From an uncultured Gemmatimonadales bacterium (lineage in GTDB: Bacteria > Gemmatimonadota > Gemmatimonadetes > Gemmatimonadales > GWC2-71-9), in NCBI GenBank assembly GCA_963728915.1, contig CAVSLV010000001.1, forward strand, positions 1,152,001 through 1,216,000: DNA of 64,000 nt. Reading direction: 5' to 3'. Made by a program: the position numbers and the translations under genes. The notes under the pieces are model-generated. The model had not been told where the DNA came from. It saw nothing but the letters and a program-made list of their open reading frames with translations, and did no database searches. Each line of letters starts with the position of its first letter. Position 1 is the stretch's first letter. Below are positions 28,818 through 38,694 of the stretch, one piece after another.

Positions 28818-29476
28818 GGCCGAGGCGAGAAGGAGAAGCTGACCTGGAGGTAGTCGGCCTCATAACCCGCTGGGAGCGGCCCGAACGCCTTCACCACCCC
28901 GGCCGCCTCGACCGCGCCCAGAGCCTCCTGGTCGAACGAATAGCTCCGCGAGCTGGTCAGAAGGTTGATATCGCGGACGGTCCCGTCGCGGAGGATGACG
29001 AATCCCACCTCCGCCTTGAGGGGAGACTCTCCCGCGGGGCGGTTCCAGCGCCGGTAGATCTGGCTCACCAGGTTCCGCAGGTACTCGGGGAACGGGAACG
29101 CCTTCCCCATCGTGTTCACGTTGGCGATATCCGACCCGGTGCTGGGAGTCTCCCGGGGAAGCGGCGTCACCGGGGCGGGGGTCTTGGCCGGCGCCCGTGC
29201 CTGGGAGCGGCTGGTCGGCTTGGCGGGCACCGGGCGCGGCGCCGGCTTGCTCACCACCGGCGGCGGGGGCGGTGCGGGCGGCGTGGCGTCAGGCCGCGCG
29301 GTCGCAGCGGCCGCCGGCGCCGCGATGAGCTGCACCGCGTAGGTCGGGGGAAAGTTCCGGCGTTGCTCGCTGACCCCGATGAGGAGCAGCGTGCCCACCC
29401 CGGCGTGAATGGCCGCGGTGCCGATCGCGCCAGCCCAGACCGTGCCCCGGGGAAGCCGCTCGGCATAGGCGCTCAC
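28814..29476 (-). CDS. TolA/TonB-like energy transducer
   Basis: TM anchor with His (TAAIHAGV), Pro-rich linker, TonB_2-type C-domain (FVILRDGTV..I.L..SS....FDQEAL.AV). Confidence 0.9.
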   Translation of the reverse strand: MSAYAERLPRGTVWAGAIGTAAIHAGVGTLLLIGVSEQRRNFPPTYAVQLIAAPAAAATARPDATPPAPPPPPVVSKPAPRPVPAKPTSRSQARAPAKTPAPVTPLPRETPSTGSDIANVNTMGKAFPFPEYLRNLVSQIYRRWNRPAGESPLKAEVGFVILRDGTVRDINLLTSSRSYSFDQEALGAVEAAGVVKAFGPLPAGYEADYLQVSFSFSPRP

Positions 29477-29910
29477 CGCGGCAGCTCCTCTTCCTCGGTC
29501 ACGATGCTCACCTTGAGGTTGTCTCCCCCGGCCTGGCGCAGCGCCGCGAACACCCGGATCGCGCTCTGATAGAGGGCGCGGCGATCGGCCCGGAAGATCA
29601 CGTTCTGAGTCCCGCGCCGGGCCATGATGGCGCGGAAGCTGGCCCGGAATTCGTCATAGGTCACCCGGGTCTGATCGATATAGATCGATCCATCCTGCCG
29701 CACCGACACGATGATGCTCTCCCGGGGGGTGAGCGGCTGGGCCGCGGCCCGGGGCAGCTCGAGCTCGATGCCGCCCTGCATGAGCGGCGCGGTAATCATG
29801 AAAATGATGAGCAGCACGAAGGCGATGTCGACCAGCGAAGTCACGTTGATGTCCGCCGAGGGAGCGAGCCGGCGCCGTCTCCCGAACCCGCCGGCCAGAC
29901 CCGCCGCCAT
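29473..29910 (-). CDS. tolR: TolR/ExbD biopolymer transporter
   Basis: INVTSLVDIAFVLLIIFMITAPL, ELELP, FRADR. Confidence 0.93.
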   Translation of the reverse strand: MAAGLAGGFGRRRRLAPSADINVTSLVDIAFVLLIIFMITAPLMQGGIELELPRAAAQPLTPRESIIVSVRQDGSIYIDQTRVTYDEFRASFRAIMARRGTQNVIFRADRRALYQSAIRVFAALRQAGGDNLKVSIVTEEEELPR

Positions 29911-30621
29911 CTAGAGCAGACCCTCCCGAGCCATCCACCCGATCAGGGAGTTTCCGAACCCTTCGAGCTCCGATTCGAATTCGCCCACCTTCCCCGCGAA
30001 ATAGTTGTACGCCATCAGGGCGGGAATCGCGGCCCCAAGCCCCACCACGGTGGTCACCAGGGCTTCCGCGACGCCCGGAGCCACCGCCGCCAGGTTCCCG
30101 CTTCCCTTGTTGGAGATGCCGATGAAGGCATGCATGACACCGAGCACGGTGCCGAGAAGGCCCAGCAGGGGACTGACCGCCCCGATGGTGGCGAGCCAGG
30201 AGACGTACCGGGCGGCGCTGTCTCGCTCGGCGGCGACTTCCTTCCCGAGCACCATCTTCAGCGCTTCGAGCTGGGTCGGCGCCAGGGCCCCCCGGGTGTG
30301 ACCGGTCTCCTGGATCACCCCGGGCTGGAGCTGGGTGTAGAAGTTCAATCCCTCGCGGAACAGCCGGTTGAACGGCGAGGAGGGGAGCTTCACCACCGCG
30401 CGATAGGCTTCCTGCAACTGGGTCGACCGCTCGAGCTCCTGATTGAATCGAGTGGCCTGGGCCCGGAGCCGGCGAAACTGCATCCCCTTCACGAAGATCA
30501 GGAACCAGGAGGCCAGCGAAAACGCCAGCGTGATTCCGAGGACGACTTTGGTCTCGGTGCTCGAATCGAGCACCAGCTGCAACCACGATGTGTATCCCGC
30601 CGTGCTGGACTGGAGGAGCAT
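29911..30621 (-). CDS. tolQ: TolQ/ExbB (MotA family) proton channel
   Basis: LATIGAVSPLLGLLGTVLGVM, APGVAEALVTT..GL.AAIPA. Confidence 0.95.
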   Translation of the reverse strand: MLLQSSTAGYTSWLQLVLDSSTETKVVLGITLAFSLASWFLIFVKGMQFRRLRAQATRFNQELERSTQLQEAYRAVVKLPSSPFNRLFREGLNFYTQLQPGVIQETGHTRGALAPTQLEALKMVLGKEVAAERDSAARYVSWLATIGAVSPLLGLLGTVLGVMHAFIGISNKGSGNLAAVAPGVAEALVTTVVGLGAAIPALMAYNYFAGKVGEFESELEGFGNSLIGWMAREGLL

Positions 30622-30640
30622 CGCGGTAAGATAGAAGCGA

Positions 30641-30692
30641 GGAGGGATCAGCGAGAAGGGATCGGACCCGATCCCGTCATGCTGATCCCTCC
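30641..30692. repeat. Strong inverted repeat upstream of tolQ
   Basis: GGAGGGATCAGC(30641-30652)/GCTGATCCCTCC(30681-30692) enclosing GGGATCGG/CCGATCCC. Confidence 0.75.
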
Positions 30693-30714
30693 GTGACCGC
30701 GCGGCCGGTGCGCT

Positions 30715-31578
30715 TCAGTTCGCGAGTTTGGCCACCTGGTGCACCCGGGCACCCGGGTTGAGATGGGGCGCGACGATGCTCATGACCTTGACCGCGGCGG
30801 TCCGATCGCTCACCTGCACGACCTTGAGCGTCGCCATCGGGGCGTCCACGGGCACCACGCCGTTTTCGGTCGGTTGGTCGGGGTGGCCCCGCGCTTCGAA
30901 CACGTCTCCCAGCCGGACCCCGGCCTCGCGGCCCACGTCGATGTAGAGCACCTGCTGGGGCGTCCGCAGTTCGTGCGGTTCCCGGGCCATGACGATCCGC
31001 CCTTCGATCCCGTCGGAGACCGGCTGGGTCTCGACCCGGCCCGGATCTTCGTAGTGGGGCATCGGGGCGATGAACTGCCCTCGGCGAATCGGCCCGTACA
31101 CGGCCACGATCTGCGCCATGGCCATGGCGCCGTCCTGTCCGGTCACCCGGGCCACTCCGGTCGGCACGATCAGATGGCCGTATCCGATCGGCGCCTCTCG
31201 CTGTTCCACGATGAGAACCGAGTCTCCCACCCCGTAGGTGACGCCGGCGGGAGGAACCAGGGCGATCGGGGTGAACCGTTGCAGGGTGACGCGCCCCGCC
31301 GCCGAAAGGCTCTGTTCCGGGCTGGTCGGACCGAGCAGGGTTCCCAGTGAATCCTCCCGGTCGCCGGTCAGGTAGCCGGCGGAAAGGAACTCGCCCCGGG
31401 ACACTGCGAGCGGCTTGGTTTCCTGGTATTCGCGAAACGCGTTTTGCGAGGCCATCACCCGGGGATGCCGGAACAGGGCGGTCGCGGGATCGCCCTCTTC
31501 CGGGGTTCCCGCCTGCCCATAGGCGGCGGCCCAGAGCGCGGTGGTGAGCAGGCCGGTCCAGGCCAGGGTCCGCTTCAT
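30715..31578 (-). CDS. Secreted hypothetical protein with a beta-rich TsaP/FlgT-C-like C-terminal region
   Basis: Signal peptide MKRTLAWTGLLTTALWAAAYG; LYIDVGREAGVRLGDVF and ATLKVVQVSDRTAAVKV. Confidence 0.65.
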   Translation of the reverse strand: MKRTLAWTGLLTTALWAAAYGQAGTPEEGDPATALFRHPRVMASQNAFREYQETKPLAVSRGEFLSAGYLTGDREDSLGTLLGPTSPEQSLSAAGRVTLQRFTPIALVPPAGVTYGVGDSVLIVEQREAPIGYGHLIVPTGVARVTGQDGAMAMAQIVAVYGPIRRGQFIAPMPHYEDPGRVETQPVSDGIEGRIVMAREPHELRTPQQVLYIDVGREAGVRLGDVFEARGHPDQPTENGVVPVDAPMATLKVVQVSDRTAAVKVMSIVAPHLNPGARVHQVAKLAN

Positions 31579-31597
31579 AACCCGCGGCCCCGCGGAG

Positions 31598-32077
31598 CTA
31601 GAACGGGAGATCGTCATCCTCGGCGTCGAGCGCTTCCGGAAAGTCATCGAACGACTCCTCCTTGCCGGCGGCCTTGGCCGGGGCTCCCGCCGCGCTCTTC
31701 GCGGCAGCGAACCCTTCGGCATCGGCTCCCCCCCGGCCTGTCAAGAGAATCACTTCGCGGGCGATGACTTCCGTGGTGTAACGGGTCTGGCCTTCCTTGT
31801 CCTGCCAGCTCCGGTACTCGATGCTGCCCTCCACGAAGATCTTGTCGCCCTTCTTGCAGTAGCGCTCGACCAGGTCAGCAAGATTCGAGCCCCGGTTGTT
31901 CCAAAGTACAACGCGGTGCCACTCGGTTTTCTCCTGCTGCTCCCCGGAGGTTCCCTTCCACCGACGGCTGGTCGCCAGGGAGAGGTTGGCCACCCGGCCG
32001 CCATTGGCGACGCTGCGGACTTCGGGATCGGCACCAAGGTTTCCGATCAACTGCACTCGATTCAGGCTCCGACTCAT
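31598..32077 (-). CDS. ssb: Single-stranded DNA-binding protein
   Basis: LNRVQLIGNLGADPE, EKTEWHRVV and a C-terminal DDDLPF. Confidence 0.99.
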   Translation of the reverse strand: MSRSLNRVQLIGNLGADPEVRSVANGGRVANLSLATSRRWKGTSGEQQEKTEWHRVVLWNNRGSNLADLVERYCKKGDKIFVEGSIEYRSWQDKEGQTRYTTEVIAREVILLTGRGGADAEGFAAAKSAAGAPAKAAGKEESFDDFPEALDAEDDDLPF

Positions 32078-32127
32078 GAGGTTGCCTCCAGGGGAAAAAG
32101 ATGCCAGGGTCGAACGCGGACCCGGCC

Positions 32128-32173
32128 ATCGTAACACCGCTCTAAGTGCTTCGTTCAACCAAACATACGCTCG
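32128..32173 (-). promoter_or_regulatory. Putative ssb promoter (extended -10) with an adjacent SOS-box-like sequence
   Basis: TG-T-TACGAT (32136-32128), TTGAAC (32158-32153) and CGAGC-GTAT-GTTTG (32173-32160). Confidence 0.35.
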
Positions 32174-32194
32174 GAGAACCCTAAACCCGCAGGA

Positions 32195-32641
32195 CTAAAC
32201 TGCAACTCGCAGCACCAGCGCGTTCTCCGAGGGATTCCGATAATAGCGGTGACGCATGCCCGCCGCGCGATAGCCTTCTCCTTCATATAAGGAGATCGCG
32301 GTGCGATTCGATTCCCGAACCTCGAGGAAGATCTCCTCGACCCCCAGCTCCCGGGCCCGCTCCCGAACGGCCCGAAGCAATCCACGCGCGATCCCCAGCC
32401 GGCGCGACCGCGGGGCGACGGCCAGATCCAGTATTTCTGCCTCCGGCCCGGTAGTTCGCGCCAGCACGAATCCCACGATCCCCGAGGCATTTTCGGCCAG
32501 GTAGGCGCACGAGGTTTCAGATTGCATCGCCTCCCGGATTGCCCGTCCGCTCCATGGGTCATTGAAGCAGGCGCGCTCTATCTCGAGGATGCCTGGCACA
32601 TCACGGAGCTCGGGGTATCGAATCCGGTAAGGGACGTCCAT
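32195..32641 (-). CDS. rimI: Ribosomal protein S18-alanine N-acetyltransferase
   Basis: F.DPWS, EAEILDLAV..RRLGIA, FLEVRESN..AI.LY, R.RYY.NP.ENALVL. Confidence 0.93.
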   Translation of the reverse strand: MDVPYRIRYPELRDVPGILEIERACFNDPWSGRAIREAMQSETSCAYLAENASGIVGFVLARTTGPEAEILDLAVAPRSRRLGIARGLLRAVRERARELGVEEIFLEVRESNRTAISLYEGEGYRAAGMRHRYYRNPSENALVLRVAV

Positions 32642-33335
32642 GCAGCGTCTCCCATCGGGCCTGGGCTTCCGCGGGTCTGCCGTAGTAGGGCTCCCAATTC
32701 TCAGGATCGTGCAGCGGCTGGGTCCCCCCAACCACCCCGATCAGACCGGCCAGCGCAGCGGCACTCGGTCGAGCGGGGAGGCCGCGGATCAGGGGGACCG
32801 CGAGCTGATCGGCAAGGCGGTCCACCAGCTTGTCGGGTGCATCCGCCACCAGCAGGTCCGGCGCTTCCCGCTGCAACGACTCGGGCGAGGCGAGGCTCGG
32901 CGCCCGAAGGGTGTCCACCGTGTTAGGAAGATCGAGCCGGTAGGTCGCGGCGTACAGCTCACCGCGGAGCGCCGAGGTCACCACCAGCACCCGGGCGCCA
33001 CGGGGCGGCATGACGCCGGCCGCTCGCACCAGGAGGGTGGAGGCGGTCCACAGCGAAAGCCGGGGACAGGCGCGGACCAGGGCCTTGGCCGCGGCGGCGC
33101 CGACCCGGAGTCCGGTAAAGCTTCCCGGTCCGTCCGCAAGCGCGAGGGCGTCCACCGCCGGGAGGGGAATGTCCAGCTCCGCGAGCACCGCCTCGACCAG
33201 CGGGAACAATCTCGCGGCGTGCATCCGGGCGCCATCGAACTGACGCAGGGCCTCGCGGGGAGGCCGGCTCGCATCGGTCCATCGGGCCGCCACCGACAGC
33301 CGGTCGGTGGTGGTCTCCAGGGCGAGGGCGATCAT
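32601..33335 (-). CDS. tsaB: tRNA t6A biosynthesis protein TsaB
   Basis: LALETTT, GPGSFTGLRVG, EPYYGR. Lies between tsaE and rimI. Confidence 0.93.
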   Translation of the reverse strand: MIALALETTTDRLSVAARWTDASRPPREALRQFDGARMHAARLFPLVEAVLAELDIPLPAVDALALADGPGSFTGLRVGAAAAKALVRACPRLSLWTASTLLVRAAGVMPPRGARVLVVTSALRGELYAATYRLDLPNTVDTLRAPSLASPESLQREAPDLLVADAPDKLVDRLADQLAVPLIRGLPARPSAAALAGLIGVVGGTQPLHDPENWEPYYGRPAEAQARWETLHGRPLPDSIPRAP

Positions 33336-33739
33336 CCGATCTCCACCCGCCGGACCTCCGGGTTAGGCGTATGGGCCAGCCGGATCTCGCGGCTCGGCCG
33401 GGGCGCCCAGGACCCGGCCCGCTCAGGCCATTCGATCAGGAGCGCGGCACCGCTGGTGAGTCGCTCCCAATCGAGATCGTGGGCCTCTTCCGGCTTCCGG
33501 AGCCGATAACAATCCACGTGGTACACCGCTCCCCGGGGAGAGTCGTAGTGGTGGACCAGCGCGTAGGTCGGGCTGGTCGCCGGGGTGTCGGCGTTCATGC
33601 CGCGGACCAGCGCCTTCACAAAGGTGGTCTTGCCGGCGCCCAGGTCTCCGGAGAGCCAGAGCACCTCCCCGGGAACGAGCTCCCGCCCGATGGTCTCGGC
33701 AAGGGCCATCAGCGCGGGTTCATCCAGCAGCGCAGTCAC
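33332..33739 (-). CDS. tsaE: tRNA t6A biosynthesis ATPase TsaE
   Basis: [27 protein letters not shown]. Confidence 0.96.
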   Translation of the reverse strand: MTALLDEPALMALAETIGRELVPGEVLWLSGDLGAGKTTFVKALVRGMNADTPATSPTYALVHHYDSPRGAVYHVDCYRLRKPEEAHDLDWERLTSGAALLIEWPERAGSWAPRPSREIRLAHTPNPEVRRVEIG

Positions 33740-35778
33740 GGGCCTCCCCGGCGCGATACCGCCAGCCCCGCGCGGCGGACGCTCGGCGCATCGAGGGCCC
33801 GAAGCTCGTTGAGCTGATCCCGCAGCATGGCGGCCAGCTCGAACTCGAGGTTCGCCGCCGCCTGGCGCATCTGCTTCTCGAGCGCGGTGATCGCCGCCGC
33901 GCGCTGCTCCGGATCATGCAGATCCACCGGCTTCGCACCCCTTCGGGCCGGGACCGGCCGTTCGGTCCGGGCATCCGCGACATAGGTCGAGAGCCGCACC
34001 TCCTCGGTGGATTTCACGATGGAAACCGGGGTGGTCCCGTGCTGACGGTTGTACTGCTCCTGGAGCCGCCGTCGGCGGTCCATCTCGTCGAGCGCGCGCC
34101 TCATGGAGCCGGTGATCGTGTCGGCGTACAGGATCCCGAGGCCGTTGCTGTTTCGGGCGGCGCGCCCCACGGTCTGAATCAGGGCCCGGTCCGAGCGCAG
34201 GAAGCCTTCCTGATCGGCGTCGAGGATGGCGACCAGGGAAACCTCGGGAAGATCGAGACCCTCCCGGAGCAGGTTGATCCCGACCAGGACATCGAACTCG
34301 CCCAGACGCAGCCCTCGGAGGATCTCCATCCGCTCGATCGCATCGATATCGGAATGGAGGTAGCGGACCCGGACCCCATGTTGCTGGAGATAGTCGGTCA
34401 GATCCTCCGACATTCGCTTGGTGAGGGTGGTAACCAGCACCCGTTCCCGACGTTTCTCACGGAGCCGGATCTCGTTGACCAGATCGTCGACCTGTCCCTT
34501 GACCGGCCGGACCTGCACCTCGGGATCGATCAGGAACGTGGGCCGGATGATCTGCTCCACCACCGCGCCCCGGGATAGACCGAGCTCGAATTCTCCCGGC
34601 GTGGCGGATACCGCCACCATTCGGGGCACCAGGCCCATGAATTCCTCGAAATTGAGGGGCCGGTTGTCCAGCGCGGAGGGAAGCCGGAACCCGTACTCCA
34701 CCAGGGTGAGCTTGCGGGAGCGGTCGCCGTTGAACATCCCACCGATCTGGGGCAGGGTGACGTGAGACTCGTCCACCACCACCAGGAAGTCCTCGGGGAA
34801 GTAGTCGAAGAGGCAAGCTGGTCGCTCTCCCTCCCCGCGACCGGTCAGGTGGCGGGAGTAGTTCTCGATCCCAGGGCATGTCCCGATCTCCAGCAACATT
34901 TCCACGTCGAACTGCGTGCGTGATTCCAGTCGCTGGGCCTCCAGCAGTTTCCCTGCGGTCTTTAGCTCCACAAGCCGTTCCGCCAGCTCCGCCCGGATGC
35001 GAGTAACGGCTCGCTCGATTGCGGGCCGCTCGGTCACAAAATGCTTGGCGGGATAGATGGCGCATTGGTCGAGCTTGGCGATGGTCTTTCCGGACAGAGG
35101 ATGAATCTTGGAAATCCGTTCGACCTGGTCCCCCCAGAACTCGACCCGCACCGCCTGGTCGGCGTAGGCAGGGTAGATCTCCAGGGTATCGCCCCGGACC
35201 CGGAACGTCCCCGGCTCAAACGAGGTGTCATTCCGGTTGTACTGGATGGCGACCAGATCCTCGAGCACCTTGTTCCGCCCCGGCGAATCGCCGGTGGTCA
35301 GCGAGAACATCATGCTCCGGTACGCGACCGGATCGCCCAGGCCATAGATGGCGCTCACCGTGGCGACGATCACGACATCGTTCCGCTCCATGAGACTCGA
35401 GGTCGCCCGAAGCCGGAGCGATTCGATGTCCTCATTGATCGACGCGTCCTTCTCGATGTACAGGTCGGTCGACGGCACGTACGCCTCGGGCTGGTAATAG
35501 TCATAGTATGAGACGAAGTACTCGACCGCGTTCTGGGGCAGGAACTGCTTGAGCTCCCCGTAGAGCTGCGCGGCCAGCGTCTTGTTGTGGGAAAGCACCA
35601 GCGTCGGGCGCTCGAACCGGGCAATGACGTGAGCCAGAGTCATGGTCTTCCCTGACCCGGTCACCCCCAGAAGGGTCTGGTACTTCCTTCCGGCCTTGAG
35701 GCTATGGAAGAGCTCCTCAATCGCCCGGGGCTGGTCTCCAGCCGGGGAGAACGGAGCGACGACTTCGAACTTCGGCAT
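33736..35778 (-). CDS. uvrB: Excinuclease ABC subunit B
   Basis: [44 protein letters not shown] and the C-terminal UVR domain. Start set at ATG 35778. Confidence 0.99.
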   Translation of the reverse strand: MPKFEVVAPFSPAGDQPRAIEELFHSLKAGRKYQTLLGVTGSGKTMTLAHVIARFERPTLVLSHNKTLAAQLYGELKQFLPQNAVEYFVSYYDYYQPEAYVPSTDLYIEKDASINEDIESLRLRATSSLMERNDVVIVATVSAIYGLGDPVAYRSMMFSLTTGDSPGRNKVLEDLVAIQYNRNDTSFEPGTFRVRGDTLEIYPAYADQAVRVEFWGDQVERISKIHPLSGKTIAKLDQCAIYPAKHFVTERPAIERAVTRIRAELAERLVELKTAGKLLEAQRLESRTQFDVEMLLEIGTCPGIENYSRHLTGRGEGERPACLFDYFPEDFLVVVDESHVTLPQIGGMFNGDRSRKLTLVEYGFRLPSALDNRPLNFEEFMGLVPRMVAVSATPGEFELGLSRGAVVEQIIRPTFLIDPEVQVRPVKGQVDDLVNEIRLREKRRERVLVTTLTKRMSEDLTDYLQQHGVRVRYLHSDIDAIERMEILRGLRLGEFDVLVGINLLREGLDLPEVSLVAILDADQEGFLRSDRALIQTVGRAARNSNGLGILYADTITGSMRRALDEMDRRRRLQEQYNRQHGTTPVSIVKSTEEVRLSTYVADARTERPVPARRGAKPVDLHDPEQRAAAITALEKQMRQAAANLEFELAAMLRDQLNELRALDAPSVRRAGLAVSRRGGP

Positions 35779-35844
35779 CCCTGAAATATCGCCGGGCGGG
35801 GGGCTCAACGCATGCCTGCCGGGGGGAAACGCCCCTCCTTCCTG

Positions 35845-36627
35845 CTAGGGGGACACGCCTCTCCGGGTCCAGAGCACGATGGTCCCGCACAGGGCCCGGG
35901 TCCCGCCGAACTCCATTGGGGTCGCCGCTCCGCCCTTGTAGATCTCCACCGCTTCGAGCTCCGAAACCTCGAAGTCGCGTTTCAGGTCCGGCGCCGGGGA
36001 CCCGACCATCGGAACGCCATCCACGATGACCTGCATGAAACACGGTTCGCCGAGGAGATTGTGGACCCGGGTGCTCACCGCGTAGACGGGTCCGCCCGGG
36101 TCGGCCTTGCTGACTCCGGTTCCTCCCAGGGAGATCGCGCTGTGCCGGCGCAGGACTTCGAAGAGTCGCCGATTCTCCTCTTTCCTGAGGATTGGACCGT
36201 CGATGAAGGTCCCGAATCCCATCCGGCGCCTCTCTTCGAACCCCTCGAGGCCCGCTCCGCTCGGACCTTTGACACTCTCCTGCACGACGACCGGCGCAGG
36301 CTGCTGGGCCGACGCGCTCAGGAGAGCATTCACCCAGATCGTGTCTTCCTGGGAACGGCGGAAAGGAATCCTGACAGGCTGATACCCGATTCCGCGGAAG
36401 AGGAGCGTCGACCCGCCCGCGGCGACGTTCTCGAGCCTGTATCGTCCAGCCTCGTTGGTCGTGACCCGGCGGTTCGCCCCCTCGAGCAACACCTCGATGC
36501 CCGGAAGGGGTGTCCCGCTGGAGTCCTCCCGAACGATCCCGGCAATCACCCCCTGGGCCTCCACGGAGGGAACCGTCACCGCCATCAGCAACGGAGCGAG
36601 ATACAAGGCGGCGTATCGCGTCGGCAT
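35845..36627 (-). CDS. Secreted carboxypeptidase-regulatory-like domain plus TonB-plug-like domain protein, no beta-barrel (paralogue A)
   Basis: Signal peptide ending VEA-Q; IAGIVREDSSGTPL.GIEV and FRGIGYQP; FEERRRMGFGTFI; VIVDG; EAVEIYKG; CGTIVLWTRRG. Confidence 0.8.
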   Translation of the reverse strand: MPTRYAALYLAPLLMAVTVPSVEAQGVIAGIVREDSSGTPLPGIEVLLEGANRRVTTNEAGRYRLENVAAGGSTLLFRGIGYQPVRIPFRRSQEDTIWVNALLSASAQQPAPVVVQESVKGPSGAGLEGFEERRRMGFGTFIDGPILRKEENRRLFEVLRRHSAISLGGTGVSKADPGGPVYAVSTRVHNLLGEPCFMQVIVDGVPMVGSPAPDLKRDFEVSELEAVEIYKGGAATPMEFGGTRALCGTIVLWTRRGVSP

Positions 36628-36634
36628 CTTCCCA

Positions 36635-38269
36635 TCACCAAGGCTGTGAGGGGAGTTGAGCTCCATCCACTTCGGGCAGGACCATCTCCAGCCATCGGAA
36701 TTCGTGCCAGTCGAGTCGAACCTTCCGGGTCGCTCGTTCCTCCCCCTGCTGGAGCAGCCGGATCGTAATCGGCAAATCGGAAGGAAGGTCGCAGAGCGCA
36801 AAGCGCCCCTCTCGATCGGACTCCGCAACGACCGGCCTGGTTGGCCCGGTCGGAGTGAACCAGCTCGCCTCGATCGTGGTCCCGGTGAGGGACCGCTTCG
36901 ACCGATTCCAGAGATAGCCGAGCACTCCACCCTGGCGTGCCGCCCCCTTGCCGCACATCTGGCGCGCGACCCCCGCCAGGGGAGGCGGGTTTACCGTGAT
37001 CCTGGTGGTGTCCCCGATGGAAAGCACCACGTCGGTCTTCTCCAGGGAGGAGAACCGCGGATGCCAGACCGTCACCAGCCGAGGTCCAGCATCGGAAACC
37101 AGCATCACGAATCCCCCGGTGGAATCGGTCTGCGCCTGGATTGGAACGCCTTCGACGCTGACCATCGCCCCCGGCAGGCCTTCGCCTGATTGCGGATCCA
37201 ATACCCTTCCGGTGAGCACGGCGCGATCAACGGGCCCAGGGGGAACCCAGAGCGCCGCTCGACCGCCCCGTTCGATGAAACTGATGATGTGATTGATCGC
37301 GATCGTTGCCTGGCGAGCCCGGTAGCGTTCGAAAGACCCGATGACCGGCATCCGGACGAACCAGTACGAGACGATCCATTTCCCTGTGGTGAGTCGCTCA
37401 AATTCGACCCGCCCGCCCAGGTCGGACTTCGCAAGCTCGGTTGGGAGGTTCCGATACTCGAACTCCAGGAATCGGAGCTCGCCGGTCAGCCGATTCACCC
37501 ACAGGGTGCCCCCGACCTCGGGAACCTGCCTCGATCGCTGCGGCTCGAACTCGAGCCCGACCAGGTTGGCCGGACCCGCCACCGCCCGAAAGCAATGACT
37601 CCCGACGAACGCATCGGAGAGCAGCAGGCTCGCATCGGGAGCCGCGAAGACCGCGGAATCGCCCTGCTCGTAGACAAAGCCCCTTCGGAGCAATTCGCCG
37701 GCGGGGAGAGATTCGAAGGGTGGGCGGGTGGTGCTGGTCAGGCGATAGACCCATTCCCGCACCGGCCGTCCGGTCAGGCTGACTTCCCGCTCGAATTCGC
37801 GAGCCAGAAGCTGCACCGCCCCCTCGTGTTGGGTCAGCACGTTGGCTGTCAGGGCCTTGCGGATCTCTTCCCAGAGGGCCGCGGCCATGGCTCCGTCCCC
37901 GACCCGGGTATCGCAGGACGATTTGGTGTGAACCACGATCTCGGGAAGGACAATGGATCGAGAAACGAGCGAGAGCTCCATACGAAGCGACTGAGCCGTC
38001 AGCGCGAAGGGTGCGGTCACGAATCCGGAATAGCCGATGCGATCGACCCGGATCCGAAACGTTCCGGGAGCGCCAGCGTGGAGAATGGCCTGGCCGGATT
38101 CCCCGCTCAGGACCTGGGCGACCACCGTATCGTCCTGGATCAATCGGACGATGGCGCCAACGACGGGAACCTTCGAGGAATCCTCCCGCAGCCTCAAGTC
38201 GACCGTTTGAGCCGAGGCGGACGAAAGGAGAGCCGCGCACCACGCCGCCGCGAGGCAGAGGAAGCGAAT
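36635..38269 (-). CDS. Secreted multi-domain protein with carboxypeptidase-regulatory-like domains; probable AUU start
   Basis: ORF 36635-38197 extends in frame to ATT(38269), giving the signal peptide MRFLCLAAAWCAALLSSASA-Q. Contains RVDRIGY, LTGRVLDPQSGEGLPGAMV and SDREGRFALCDLP. Confidence 0.75.
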   Translation of the reverse strand: MRFLCLAAAWCAALLSSASAQTVDLRLREDSSKVPVVGAIVRLIQDDTVVAQVLSGESGQAILHAGAPGTFRIRVDRIGYSGFVTAPFALTAQSLRMELSLVSRSIVLPEIVVHTKSSCDTRVGDGAMAAALWEEIRKALTANVLTQHEGAVQLLAREFEREVSLTGRPVREWVYRLTSTTRPPFESLPAGELLRRGFVYEQGDSAVFAAPDASLLLSDAFVGSHCFRAVAGPANLVGLEFEPQRSRQVPEVGGTLWVNRLTGELRFLEFEYRNLPTELAKSDLGGRVEFERLTTGKWIVSYWFVRMPVIGSFERYRARQATIAINHIISFIERGGRAALWVPPGPVDRAVLTGRVLDPQSGEGLPGAMVSVEGVPIQAQTDSTGGFVMLVSDAGPRLVTVWHPRFSSLEKTDVVLSIGDTTRITVNPPPLAGVARQMCGKGAARQGGVLGYLWNRSKRSLTGTTIEASWFTPTGPTRPVVAESDREGRFALCDLPSDLPITIRLLQQGEERATRKVRLDWHEFRWLEMVLPEVDGAQLPSQPW

Positions 38270-38279
38270 GGGGAGGCTC

Positions 38280-38690
38280 CTACTCTCCGGCCAAGCCGAG
38301 AAGCGCCTTCCACTGATTGGGCGTCACCGGCATCACGGAGAGCCGGGGCAGCCGGGCGAGGGCAAAGTCCGCGAACCGCTTGTCGGCCTTGACCTGGGCG
38401 AGGCTGACCGGCTGTGGAACCGGTCGCACCGGCTCGAGGTCCACCACCACCAGCTTCGGGTTCTTCTGTTTGGGATCTGGATAGGCCGCCTTGCGCACCC
38501 GGGCGATCCCGACGATCGCCTTCTCACTTCCGGTGTGATAGATGAACGCATGATCGCCGGCCTGCATGGCGCGCAGGTTCTTGAGCGCGACCGGGTTGCT
38601 CACCCCGTCCCAGGTGGTGCGACCTTCCTGTTCCAGGTCGGCGTACGAGTAGGTCGACGGCTCGGTCTTGAGCAGCCAGTAGCCGGCCAT
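38280..38690 (-). CDS. EVE domain-containing protein
   Basis: YWLLKTEP, WDGVSN..A..NLRAM..GD.AFIYH, AYPDP, RLSVMPV. Confidence 0.96.
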   Translation of the reverse strand: MAGYWLLKTEPSTYSYADLEQEGRTTWDGVSNPVALKNLRAMQAGDHAFIYHTGSEKAIVGIARVRKAAYPDPKQKNPKLVVVDLEPVRPVPQPVSLAQVKADKRFADFALARLPRLSVMPVTPNQWKALLGLAGE

Positions 38691-38694
38691 GAGG

